Of a stretch of 64,000 bases of DNA, positions 9,449 through 18,500 are shown in pieces. Position numbers and translations under genes: made by a program. The notes beneath the pieces are model-generated. The model saw only the letters and a list, made by a program, of their open reading frames with translations. It was not told the DNA's origin and did not search any database. The stretch's first letter is position 1. Each line of letters begins with the position of its first letter. Source of the DNA: Acidobacteriota bacterium (lineage in GTDB: Bacteria > Acidobacteriota > UBA4820 > DSQY01); NCBI GenBank assembly GCA_040752915.1, contig JBFMHB010000002.1, forward strand, positions 13,967 to 77,966. The letters are read 5' to 3'.

Positions 9449-10084
9449 GTGAGCTACTTCGTCAACCTCAACGTCAAGGGCCGCAAGGCCGTGGTCGTGG
9501 GCGGAGGGAACGTGGCCCTCCGGAAGGTCGGCGGCCTCCTCGCCGCCGGAGCCCGCGTCTCGGTGGTGGCCGAATCTCCCCACCCCGAGATTCGCCTCCT
9601 GGCCGCGGCGGGGCGCCTTCGCCTGGAAGCCCGCCCTTACGCCGATGGAGATCTGGAAGGCGCCTTCCTGGCCGTGGCCGCCACCGACGACGAGGAGGTG
9701 AACGCCCGCGTCTCCGCCGAGGCGGTGCGGCGCGGGATCCTCGTCAACGTGGCCGACCGACCGGCCCTCTGCACCTTCACCCTGCCCGCCGTGGTGCGGC
9801 GGGGGGACCTCACCCTCGCGGTGGCCACCGACGGCCGTTGCCCGGCCCTTTCCCGTGCCCTCCGGGAGGAACTGGAGAACACCTACGGGGAGGAGTACGC
9901 CGGGCTGACGGACCTGATGGGGAGCCTTCGAGGGCGGCTCATGGCCGAGGGACGCCCCTATGGCGAAATCCAGAAGGCCCTGGAGGCCCTCTACCGCGGA
10001 GGGGCCCTCCGCCTCCTGGCGGAAGGCGACCTCGAAGGGCTCCGCGACCTCATCCGGCGAACCTGCTCCCTCGAAGAAGATTAG
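9449..10084 (+). CDS. sirC: Precorrin-2 dehydrogenase / sirohydrochlorin ferrochelatase (siroheme synthase N-terminal domain; SirC/Met8-like).
   Basis: GTG start preceded by GGGAGGAG. Rossmann NAD motif VVVGGGNVALRKV. Length and domain order match the CysG N-terminal domain. It lies immediately downstream of cobA. Confidence 0.75.
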   Translation: MSYFVNLNVKGRKAVVVGGGNVALRKVGGLLAAGARVSVVAESPHPEIRLLAAAGRLRLEARPYADGDLEGAFLAVAATDDEEVNARVSAEAVRRGILVNVADRPALCTFTLPAVVRRGDLTLAVATDGRCPALSRALREELENTYGEEYAGLTDLMGSLRGRLMAEGRPYGEIQKALEALYRGGALRLLAEGDLEGLRDLIRRTCSLEED

Positions 10085-10244
10085 GCCCATCCGCACGGCT
10101 GTCCGGGGTTTTCTTGACCCGTCTTGCGCTACCCGCCTTCCGGAACGAAGCGGAGGAAGGCGCCTCCCGACGGCGGTGGGCCGAGTGCAAGGAAGCCGAC
10201 GCGGCACCCGACCTCATGGACCGATCTTCCCGGTCGGAGAACCC

Positions 10245-12452
10245 TCAGGGGCACGTGCTCGTTGTGTCGATCAGGCTGTTTCCGCACAGCCCCGAAGCGC
10301 TCGTGCTCCGCTGGCTCTCCACTCCGCCGACGCGCTTGAGCCCCCAGGAACTCTCCATGGGGCCCGAATCGCCCACGATGATCCAGAAGGTGTTCCCCGA
10401 GGGCGGGGTCCAGGAGGAGCCGCTGGTGATGCCGCACACGGAGCCGGTCCAGCCATAGGTGGACACGCTCGAGAGGGGGCCGTAGTACAGGTTGTAGGAG
10501 GGGGCCGGACAGGTCGTGGAGTCGAAGGTCACCGTGATGTCCGACCCTGACTTGACCCCGCGCGCGGGCGAGGTGCCTCCCCGCCCGTCGGGCGCCGGGG
10601 CCACGGAGCAGGTCTGGATGGTCACGGCGTGCCCCGCCGAGGTGCCCGAGCACCCCGAGCCGTTGGTATAGGAGACCGTGTAGGTTCCGCTCTCCGTGGC
10701 CGTGTAGGCGGCGCTGTTCGTCCCCACGGGGTTCCCGTTTTTTCTCCACTGGTACGAGGACATCCCGCTTTCCGTGCTCAGAGCCACCGTGGTGGCCGGG
10801 CAGGTGTTGGTGGAGTCCCCCGTGATCGTGGGGGTGGCGGGCTGGTAGGCGTCGGTGCCCGACACCGTGGACGTGGACGCCTCCTCGCCGCAGGTGTTGA
10901 TGTACTTCACCGAATAATCGTAGGCCGTGTTGTTCGTGCCGCCCGTGTCCACCCAGGAGGTGGCGCCGTAGGCGATGTAGCCCGAGGCGTCGGTGGCGCC
11001 GCGGAAGACGCGATAGCCCCGATCGGGGCTGGAAAGGCCCTCGTCCCCCCAGGCCGTGGGAGCGGCCGCCCAGGTGATCCGGGCGCCGTCGTCGGCGCAG
11101 ATCCCGTTCTCGTCCGTGACGGACGGGGCGGACAATCCGGAGGGCACGTCGCAACAAGGCGTCGCGGAGCAGGATCCTCCGCTCTCCCAGGCCGCCACCT
11201 TAACGTCGTCCACCATCCAGTAATACCCGTAGTGGCCCAGGTACCGGAAGCGAACGCGGACGTCGGAGTGGCCCGCGGCCAGGTCGCTGAGGTCCAGGAC
11301 CACGGGAACGGACTCGCCGGGATCGGCTTCCGGCGGGAACCCCCCGGCGGGAGGATTCCCCACGCTCACGCGCCAGGTCTCCACCGTCTGCCACGTGGTT
11401 CCCCCGTCGGTGCTCACGTCCACGAACGCCGACTCCTCGTGGCCCGTTTGGAACGCCCAGAGAAAAGAACGGAAGGTCAGGTCCACGGAAACGGCGTCCG
11501 TGCAATCCAGGGACGGCGAGACCAGGCTGTCTTCCTGGATTCCCCCCTCCCCGTAGTGGTCCGAGTCCAGAATCTCCACGTACCCGCTCATGCCCTCGGG
11601 GAGGGGACGCTCGGCCGGATTGGCGGTGGTCCAGGTCTGGCCCGCGTCTCCACCGTCCTCGAGGCTCCAGCCCGTCGGGGGATCGTCTTCGGAGAAGTCC
11701 TCCTCGAGCAGGTACGCAGCCGGGGACCCCACCGGAATGACGAAGGTCTCCTGCCAGGACCCCTGTTCGCAAGTCATCGTCACCGTGAAGGACATGCGCG
11801 CGCCGCAGGGAACGTCTCGGCCGATGTCGACGGTGAACGAAGCGTCCTCCGGCTGGAAAAACAGGGTGGTATCGTAGGCCTCCACCGTGTCGAGCGAAAC
11901 GGAGGAGGGGGTGACGGTCACCCCGGACGTGGAGGTGGACACCGCGACCTGAGCGGCGGTGGCATCCGTTCCCCCCCGGTTGAGGATCCTCAAGGTCAGA
12001 TCAAGGGTCTCCCCCGGGCCGGCCAACCCGTCTCCGGGACTTGAATCGCAGGAGTCCATCCACCAATGGGAAGCGACCTCCAGCCGGGCGCAGTCCAGCG
12101 TGAACAGGTGGTACTGCCCCCCGTCGTCTTCCGTGGTGGTTCCATCCTGGTTGCTGGAAGTGACCGAGAAGAGGTACGTGTCGCAGGGCAAATCCGTGAG
12201 CGTGATGGAATGGGACGTGCCCGCTTCCTCTACTTCCACATAAGAGCCCAGGGCGCGGGTGGGACCGAAATCCACGCGGCTGTCGGCGGCCTCGTTGGTC
12301 GTCCAGGTCACCGTGGCCGTGGTATCCGTGATTTCGCTGACCTGCACGTCCGTGATGACCGGCCCCGCCCACAAGGCGGACGAAAGGGCCGCAATCCACA
12401 CCGCGACCGAGAAAAGCCCCGCCCGGGTTCCCCGTCTTTTTGCCCTACCCAT
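10245..12452 (-). CDS. Large secreted protein 'A' (~735 aa): signal peptide, Fn3-like repeats, MAM-like/choice-of-anchor-J-like domain (YWMVDDVKV), and the shared C-terminal Cys-bearing domain.
   Basis: Signal peptide MGRAKRRGTRAGLFSVAVWIAALSSALWAGP. TDVQVSEITDTTATVTWTTNEAADSRVDFG is an Fn3 module. The C-terminal domain ends ...GLCGNSLIDTTSTCP. Confidence 0.7.
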   Translation of the reverse strand: MGRAKRRGTRAGLFSVAVWIAALSSALWAGPVITDVQVSEITDTTATVTWTTNEAADSRVDFGPTRALGSYVEVEEAGTSHSITLTDLPCDTYLFSVTSSNQDGTTTEDDGGQYHLFTLDCARLEVASHWWMDSCDSSPGDGLAGPGETLDLTLRILNRGGTDATAAQVAVSTSTSGVTVTPSSVSLDTVEAYDTTLFFQPEDASFTVDIGRDVPCGARMSFTVTMTCEQGSWQETFVIPVGSPAAYLLEEDFSEDDPPTGWSLEDGGDAGQTWTTANPAERPLPEGMSGYVEILDSDHYGEGGIQEDSLVSPSLDCTDAVSVDLTFRSFLWAFQTGHEESAFVDVSTDGGTTWQTVETWRVSVGNPPAGGFPPEADPGESVPVVLDLSDLAAGHSDVRVRFRYLGHYGYYWMVDDVKVAAWESGGSCSATPCCDVPSGLSAPSVTDENGICADDGARITWAAAPTAWGDEGLSSPDRGYRVFRGATDASGYIAYGATSWVDTGGTNNTAYDYSVKYINTCGEEASTSTVSGTDAYQPATPTITGDSTNTCPATTVALSTESGMSSYQWRKNGNPVGTNSAAYTATESGTYTVSYTNGSGCSGTSAGHAVTIQTCSVAPAPDGRGGTSPARGVKSGSDITVTFDSTTCPAPSYNLYYGPLSSVSTYGWTGSVCGITSGSSWTPPSGNTFWIIVGDSGPMESSWGLKRVGGVESQRSTSASGLCGNSLIDTTSTCP

Positions 12453-12637
12453 GGACACCCCTCCCCCGCCCCGCCGGGGCGACTCGAAGGTGCTGCACGG
12501 GAACAAGATAGCCCCGGACGGGGCGGAGGGCTACTCGAAGGGACCTCGGGCTCGGCGGGCTCGCGTGAAATGTGCGTGGGCTCACGGACTTGCACGCGAC
12601 CAGAGCAGGCTCCGTGCCGGCCGGACGCCCAGGCGCC

Positions 12638-15535
12638 TCACGGACAGGCGGTTGCGGTGCTCTTGGCGGTGAAGCCGCACTGGTTGGAGGCGGCGGGGTG
12701 GCGCTCACTCCCCGCCGAGTCCCTTCCCCAGTGACTTTCCATGGCCTCCCCGTCGGTTCCCACGAGGACCCACCAGATGAAGGCCTCCCCCACGGGCACG
12801 GAGGGAGAGGTCCACGCATAGGTCCCCGAGGGCCCCATCCCGCAGACGGCGCCCGAAAGCGCACAGGCCGACAGACCGCTGGCCACGCCCCAGTAAAGGT
12901 TGTAGTCCGGGCTCGCGCAGGTGAAGACGTCCCACGCGATGTCCACCTGGCTTCCGTCCCCATTGGCTTTTGAGGCCCTCGCCGCCGTTCCGGTCACCCA
13001 CCGGCCGTCGGGCACCGGCTTGACCGCGGCAGTCCCCCCCGCGGCGGCGCACGGCTCCACGCTCTCCGCCTCGACGCGCACGTTGTCCACCATCCAGTAC
13101 CACTCGTAGCTCCCGTTGTAGTACCGGAAGCGCACCTGGGCGTCGGAGGCCCCCGCCGCGCGGCTCGTCAGGTCGAGCGTCTCGTGCTCCGGATTCGCCG
13201 TGCTCGCCCCCGTCCACCGGCCCACGTTCTGCCAGGCCCCCGACGTCCGGCTCGACCGGACGTCCACGTCGCACACCTCGCTCTCGTACCGGTAGAAGTA
13301 GTGGTCGAACTCCAGCGTCACCGACGTGGCCGCCGATAGGTCCAGCACCGGCGTGATCAACTGCTCGTCTTGTGTCGCCCCCGTTCCCGCCTCGTCGCTG
13401 TCCACGATGGCGAAGGGATCCGTGATGGGCGCCGTGGCGTTTCTCCCCCCGGGGTTCGACGTCGTCCACGTGGAGGCCGCGCCCCCTCCCGATCCGCCGT
13501 CCACCACCGTCCACGTCCCGGGGATCCCCGACCCGAAGTCCTCGTCCAGCGCCGTGAAACTCGAGTGGCTGCCGGTGGGGGTGCCGGAACGGACGAGGAG
13601 GTTCCCGTCCTCCTGACCGGTCCCGCCGTCCACGGCCCGAACCACGTAATGGTACGTTGTCCCAAGGGCCAGGCCCGCCGCGTCCCGGAAGGCCGTCGCC
13701 ACGATCCCCCTGGCGATGCGGGTCGAGGCATCGGGGACGAATCCCGCGGAGGTGGACCGGTACACGTTGTAGGTCACCGAACTTCCGCAATACGAGGCGG
13801 CCGCTTCCCAAGACAGGTCCAGGGAGCAGGTCGCCTCTCCAGGGTTCACCACGGAGGACAGGCCCGAAAAGGAGGGGGGCTCGGTGCAGGGCCCCGTGGT
13901 CACCGCTTCGGCGCAGTCGCTCGGGGCCGAAAGGCAGTGGCCGGTGGCGTCCAGGGCCTGGATCCGGTAGGCGTAGGGGACGCCTCCCGAGGCCCCTTCG
14001 TCCGTTAAGGCCGCGGAGGCCGTTTCGCCGAGAACCAGGGCCTCCTCCCCGGATGCGCACCCCCCCCTCGTCCGGAGGACCCGGTAGGTCAGGCCACCTC
14101 CCCCAGGGGTCCAGGCCACCTCGACGCGGTTCTCTCCGGCCGGCGTCGCCGAAACGCCGGTGGGAACGGCGGGCGGTCCGCACAGGGGGTCCGCCAGGTG
14201 GGCCAGGGTGGCCACGTAGGCCTTCACGGCCGAGTAGAAGAAGCCGGGCGATCCGCAGTTCGCCCGGGTGTCGTTGGACGTGTGGTAGTAGGGATAGTGG
14301 CCGGCGTGGCTGCAGTATCCCTCGTTGTCCGTGATCCCGCAGACGGCCGACCACCCTTTCTGCCAGAAGGGATAGTGGTCGCTGGCCGTCAGGCTCGCGC
14401 AGGAGAAGGCATCCACCGGACAGCCGGTGGCATACGCCGAAGCGCAGTCCGCAAACAGGAGTCCGAGCCACTGGGAAGACGCGTTGTAATTGAGGTCCAG
14501 GTTTTCCGCCGCGGGAGAGCCATCCCCCTGCCAGCCGATCATGTCCGCGTTGAGGACCGCCTGGATTTGCTCTCCGCGGGCCTGGGCGTCGTCGGCGTAC
14601 GCCGCGCTCCCGTACAGGCCCTGCTCCTCCCCCGTGCAGGCGATGAACTTGACGGTATTGGCGAAGGCGTAGGGCGCCATGGCCCGGGCCGCGGCGGTGA
14701 CGACGGCCGCACCGCTGGCGTTGTCGTCCGCCCCGGGGGCGGCCCCCGAGGAGGGCATGTCATCCAGGTGGCCGATCACGATGTAGACGCGTTCCGGATT
14801 CGTCCTCCCGGTAAGGGTCCCGATGACGTTCGGCGCGTAGCCCGCGCGGTAATCCTGGAGCGACGGGCTCAGGCCCCATTCGGCGAACTCGTCGAAGACG
14901 CCCTGGACCGCGGTCTGGCACCCGGAACTCAGGGAGTGCCGGGTGGTGTAGGTATTCGGGAACCGGCCGCCGATGACCGCGTCCCATGCGCCCGAAAGGG
15001 TGGAAGGGTCCAGGGAGTCCACGAGGGACTGGACGAGAGGCTTGGGCGTGACGGCCAGCGGCTCTCCCCGTCTCTGCCTTTCTGCGTACTCCGGCGGAGG
15101 CGGATCTGGAAGCGCAAGCGGGCGAAAATCCAGGATCTGGAAGAACCAGCGGGGAGACTGGACGCATTCCTCGGGGACATCCCCCTCGAAGCGGAGGAAC
15201 GCGAGATTCTCTTCGAACCGGAGGACTTCGCCGCACGCTCTCTGGAAATCGGGCGACCATCCATCCCTCAACCCCGCCACCGCGTAGGTGGCGCCCTCTT
15301 CCCGGTGATCCAGGATTTCGGCATCGTATCCGAGACGGCGGAGGGTGTCCTCCGGGCCCGCTCCGTCCGCCAGGGCCAGAAAGCCCGACTCGTACTCGTA
15401 AACCAGTTGGACTCCCGCGGAGAGCAGGAGGGCGCGGTCCTCCACGGTGCGCCGTTCGATGCGGAGGATCTCCGCGGCGGCCGTCCCCGGCGGTGCCCAC
15501 AGAATCAAGCCCAATGCCAGGGCCGGCCACTTCAT
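12638..15535 (-). CDS. Giant secreted M28-family aminopeptidase-like protein 'B' (965 aa): signal peptide, M28 zinc-peptidase domain, Fn3 repeats, MAM-like domain, shared C-terminal domain.
   Basis: M28 motifs VIGHLDDMP (His-Asp), DDNASGAAVV (Asp), ACTGEEQGLYGS (Glu-Glu) and VLNADMIG. Signal peptide MKWPALALGLILWAPPGTAAA. The C-terminal domain ends ...NQCGFTAKSTATACP. Confidence 0.8.
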   Translation of the reverse strand: MKWPALALGLILWAPPGTAAAEILRIERRTVEDRALLLSAGVQLVYEYESGFLALADGAGPEDTLRRLGYDAEILDHREEGATYAVAGLRDGWSPDFQRACGEVLRFEENLAFLRFEGDVPEECVQSPRWFFQILDFRPLALPDPPPPEYAERQRRGEPLAVTPKPLVQSLVDSLDPSTLSGAWDAVIGGRFPNTYTTRHSLSSGCQTAVQGVFDEFAEWGLSPSLQDYRAGYAPNVIGTLTGRTNPERVYIVIGHLDDMPSSGAAPGADDNASGAAVVTAAARAMAPYAFANTVKFIACTGEEQGLYGSAAYADDAQARGEQIQAVLNADMIGWQGDGSPAAENLDLNYNASSQWLGLLFADCASAYATGCPVDAFSCASLTASDHYPFWQKGWSAVCGITDNEGYCSHAGHYPYYHTSNDTRANCGSPGFFYSAVKAYVATLAHLADPLCGPPAVPTGVSATPAGENRVEVAWTPGGGGLTYRVLRTRGGCASGEEALVLGETASAALTDEGASGGVPYAYRIQALDATGHCLSAPSDCAEAVTTGPCTEPPSFSGLSSVVNPGEATCSLDLSWEAAASYCGSSVTYNVYRSTSAGFVPDASTRIARGIVATAFRDAAGLALGTTYHYVVRAVDGGTGQEDGNLLVRSGTPTGSHSSFTALDEDFGSGIPGTWTVVDGGSGGGAASTWTTSNPGGRNATAPITDPFAIVDSDEAGTGATQDEQLITPVLDLSAATSVTLEFDHYFYRYESEVCDVDVRSSRTSGAWQNVGRWTGASTANPEHETLDLTSRAAGASDAQVRFRYYNGSYEWYWMVDNVRVEAESVEPCAAAGGTAAVKPVPDGRWVTGTAARASKANGDGSQVDIAWDVFTCASPDYNLYWGVASGLSACALSGAVCGMGPSGTYAWTSPSVPVGEAFIWWVLVGTDGEAMESHWGRDSAGSERHPAASNQCGFTAKSTATACP
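13078..13556. repeat. Copy 1 (in gene B) of a ~480 bp near-identical nucleotide cassette encoding the MAM-like domain. Copy 2 lies in gene C at 15966-16442.
   Basis: Read directly: long runs such as gttgtccaccatccagtaccactcgtagctcccgttgtagtaccggaa...ctcgaccggacgtccacgtcgcacacctcgctctcgtaccggtagaagtagtggtc occur in both genes with only scattered mismatches. The encoded peptides are about 98% identical. Confidence 0.85.
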
Positions 15536-15572
15536 GTCCTCGCCCCTCCTATCCTGGATGCCCTCCCACCCC

Positions 15573-18500
15573 CTACGGGCAGGCGCCCGTGGGATCGATG
15601 TGGCGCGGGCCGGCGGATGCGCTTCCGGGGTGACCGTCCCCCCCGGGATTCCAGCCGGTGACGAGGTACCAGAGGACTCCTCCCGGGGCCGCCGCGGGAT
15701 CGTCTGAAAGACCCGTGGCTTCTGGCAATCCGAGGTTGTCCAGGCGTTTGCAGGAATCCAGGCCGCCGTCGAGCAGGGCCGAGAGGTCCGCGAGGACGCC
15801 TCGGTAGAGGTGGTAGTGATAGGCTTCTGTGTTGGAGCCCCATTCCAGGGTCGAATCGTCGGTCCACTTCATGTGGGTGGCCGGAGTGCCCGCGGTTTCG
15901 CCGGGGGCCGCGGCGGGCACGCAGGCGCTCATGGCGCACCCTCCGGGAGCGGTGTAGGTGACCCGAACGTTGTCCACCATCCAGTACCACTCGTAGCTCC
16001 CGTTGTAGTACCGGAACCGCACCTGCGCGTCGGAGGCCCCCGCCGCGCGGCTCGTCAGGTCCAGGGTCTCGTGCTCCGGATTCGCCGTGCTCGCCCCCGT
16101 CCACCGGCCCACGTTCTGCCAGGCCCCCGACGTCCGGCTCGACCGGACGTCCACGTCGCACACCTCGCTCTCGTACCGGTAGAAGTAGTGGTCAAACTCC
16201 AGCGTCACCGTCGTGGCCGCCGATAGGTCCAGCACCGGCGTGATCAACTGCTCGTCTTGTGTCACCCCCCAGCCCGCCTCGTCGCTGTCCACGATGGCGA
16301 AGGGATCCGTGATGGGCGCCGTGGCGTTTCTCCCCCCGGGGTTCGACGTCGTCCACGTGGAGGCCGCGCCCCCTCCAGATCCGCCGTCCACCACCGTCCA
16401 CGTCCCGGGGATCCCCGACCCGAAGTCCTCGTCCAGCGCCGTTCCGGACCCTGGTACGGGCTGGCCCAGCATCACGGAGAAGGTGTCGTCCCAGGCGCCC
16501 TGGTTCGAGACCAGGTGCAGGGAGAAAGTCGCCGACGTACCGCAGGAGACCGAGGGGTCCGCGAAGACCCGGAAGTGGGGCGGATCGGAGGCGCGCTCCT
16601 CCCCGGAGGGAATGTCGGAATAGGATGCCGAATCGACCAGCACGAGGATGCCCGGCGTCGAGGTGGAGAGGCTCCCCAGGACCGCCGTGGCGCCGGAGGT
16701 TCCCACGTTTTCCGCCGTCACGGCAAGGATGGCCTCCTCCCCCGCGTCCCAGACGCCGTCTCCGCCTCCTCCCCCCGAGCCGGTGCAGGCGTCCGTCAGG
16801 AGGTGGGAGGCGTAGGCCAGTTCGGCCCCACAGGACTGGGCGGGGAAGGTGAAGCTCAGGCTCCAGGAATCGATGGTTCCCGTGTCCGAACCTGCGTCGT
16901 CCACGACCTTCAGGCCCCAGTTCCCCGCCGCCACCTGGCCGTCGAAGGCCGACAGGGAGCCCTCGGGACGGAAGGTGCCTGTGAAGGGAGCCGTCCCCCC
17001 CGTGATGGACGAGGAGGCCTCGTCGTCCAGGACCGTCTCCGTGAAGTTCTCGCCCGAGCCGCCGTTGTCGGTGGAGAGTTCGACCTGGGTGCCCTGGGGG
17101 CTCACGAGATAGATGTCCAGATCGCCGTCGTAGGTGTGGGTGATGGAGTGGATGGTCACGTTCACGTCCACGATGACCTTGTCGTCGGGCACGGACAGGA
17201 CCGAGGTCACCCCTGCCGGGTTCGCGTCGGGAATGGCCAGCCCCGGGGTCTCGGTGCGCGTGTAGGTGGGCGCGCTCGTGACGCCCGTCGTAAAGGCGTA
17301 GTAGGCGCCCCCGTTGTCGTCGGAAGAGGAGTTGCCGGCGGGGTCCGCCGAATCCACGGCGTAGTAGTAGCCCCGGCAGGCTTCCAGGGCGCTCAGCGTC
17401 ACCGAGTGAGCCGTCCCGTACGCCGCGTCGGACCCCGTGGAGGAAGGCGGGACGGATGTGCCGTACCGCACGCGCGAGTCGGCGGGCTCGTCCGTGGTCC
17501 ATGTGACGGTCACGTTTTGGCCGCTCACGGAAGCCGAGACGTCGGAGATGACCGGGGCCCGGCAGTCCCCGGAGGCCGTTCCGTCCACGTCGACGTTCGG
17601 GGTCCCGCAGTAGTCCGCGTCCACGTAGCGCACGGTCAGGGTGGCTCCGTCGGTCATGCGGACCTCGGAGGGACCGGGTGTGGACGAATCCGTGGTGGCG
17701 ACGGTGCCCGTGTAGACAGCCGACCCCGGTGGAGTATTGGACAGGGTGAAGCTCTTGTGGCTTCCGTCGGCGGTGGACCAGGCTTCCACCGCAAGGGTGG
17801 CGGGCGAGCCGGGGACGTTCGAATCCACTACGGTCACCCCCACGGAGTCCGTGCACCGGACGACCGCCTTGGACAGGGACACGGATCCCGCGCAGGGCAT
17901 GGGGGTCACCGTCGCGCAGGCGCTCATGGCGCTCACGCAGGAATCGCTTGCGGTCGCGGCCTGCACGCGGTAGAAGTAGGTGATCCCGTTGACAACGGTC
18001 GTGTCCGTGTAGGCGAGGGAGGGGGCGTTCACCGTGGCCACCTTGGTGAACCCCGCGTCGCAGTTCATCTCGTTCCGGTAGATGAAATAGCGCGTCGCGT
18101 TCGGCCCGCCGGAGGTCCAGGTCAGGAGCGCCGAATCGCTCCCCGCGGCCACCGAAGCCGTGGGAACGGTCAGGGAAGGACAGGAGGTCTGGTTCTGGTT
18201 GGTGGCGTCGCCCGCGGACCCGCAGGCGATTCCGTGGCGGGCGAGGCTGGAGTAGATCGCCGCCGCGTGGGGCGTCCCGTTGGCCGTCCCGTCCCCGTCG
18301 TCGTCGAAGGCCCTCATGGTCGAATACAGGCTCCCCCCGTTGCAGCCGTTGGAGGTCGGGGGCGTGCAGGTGTACATGTTGCCCAGAGTGGGCATGCTCG
18401 AATAGAAGAGGCGGTCCGCGAGCTGCCAGGCCGTGGGAAGGTCCAGGCCGCACAGGGCCGGCAGATCCCGGTTCACGAAGTCCCACAGGGCCTGGGTGGA

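Noticed and set aside
10085-10244. Terminator hairpins downstream of sirC and of gene A in the convergent spacer.
   Set aside because: Candidate inverted repeats (ccgcacgg…, cgccttcc…ggaaggcg) have short or imperfect stems and long loops. They are too weak to call without folding-energy calculations.
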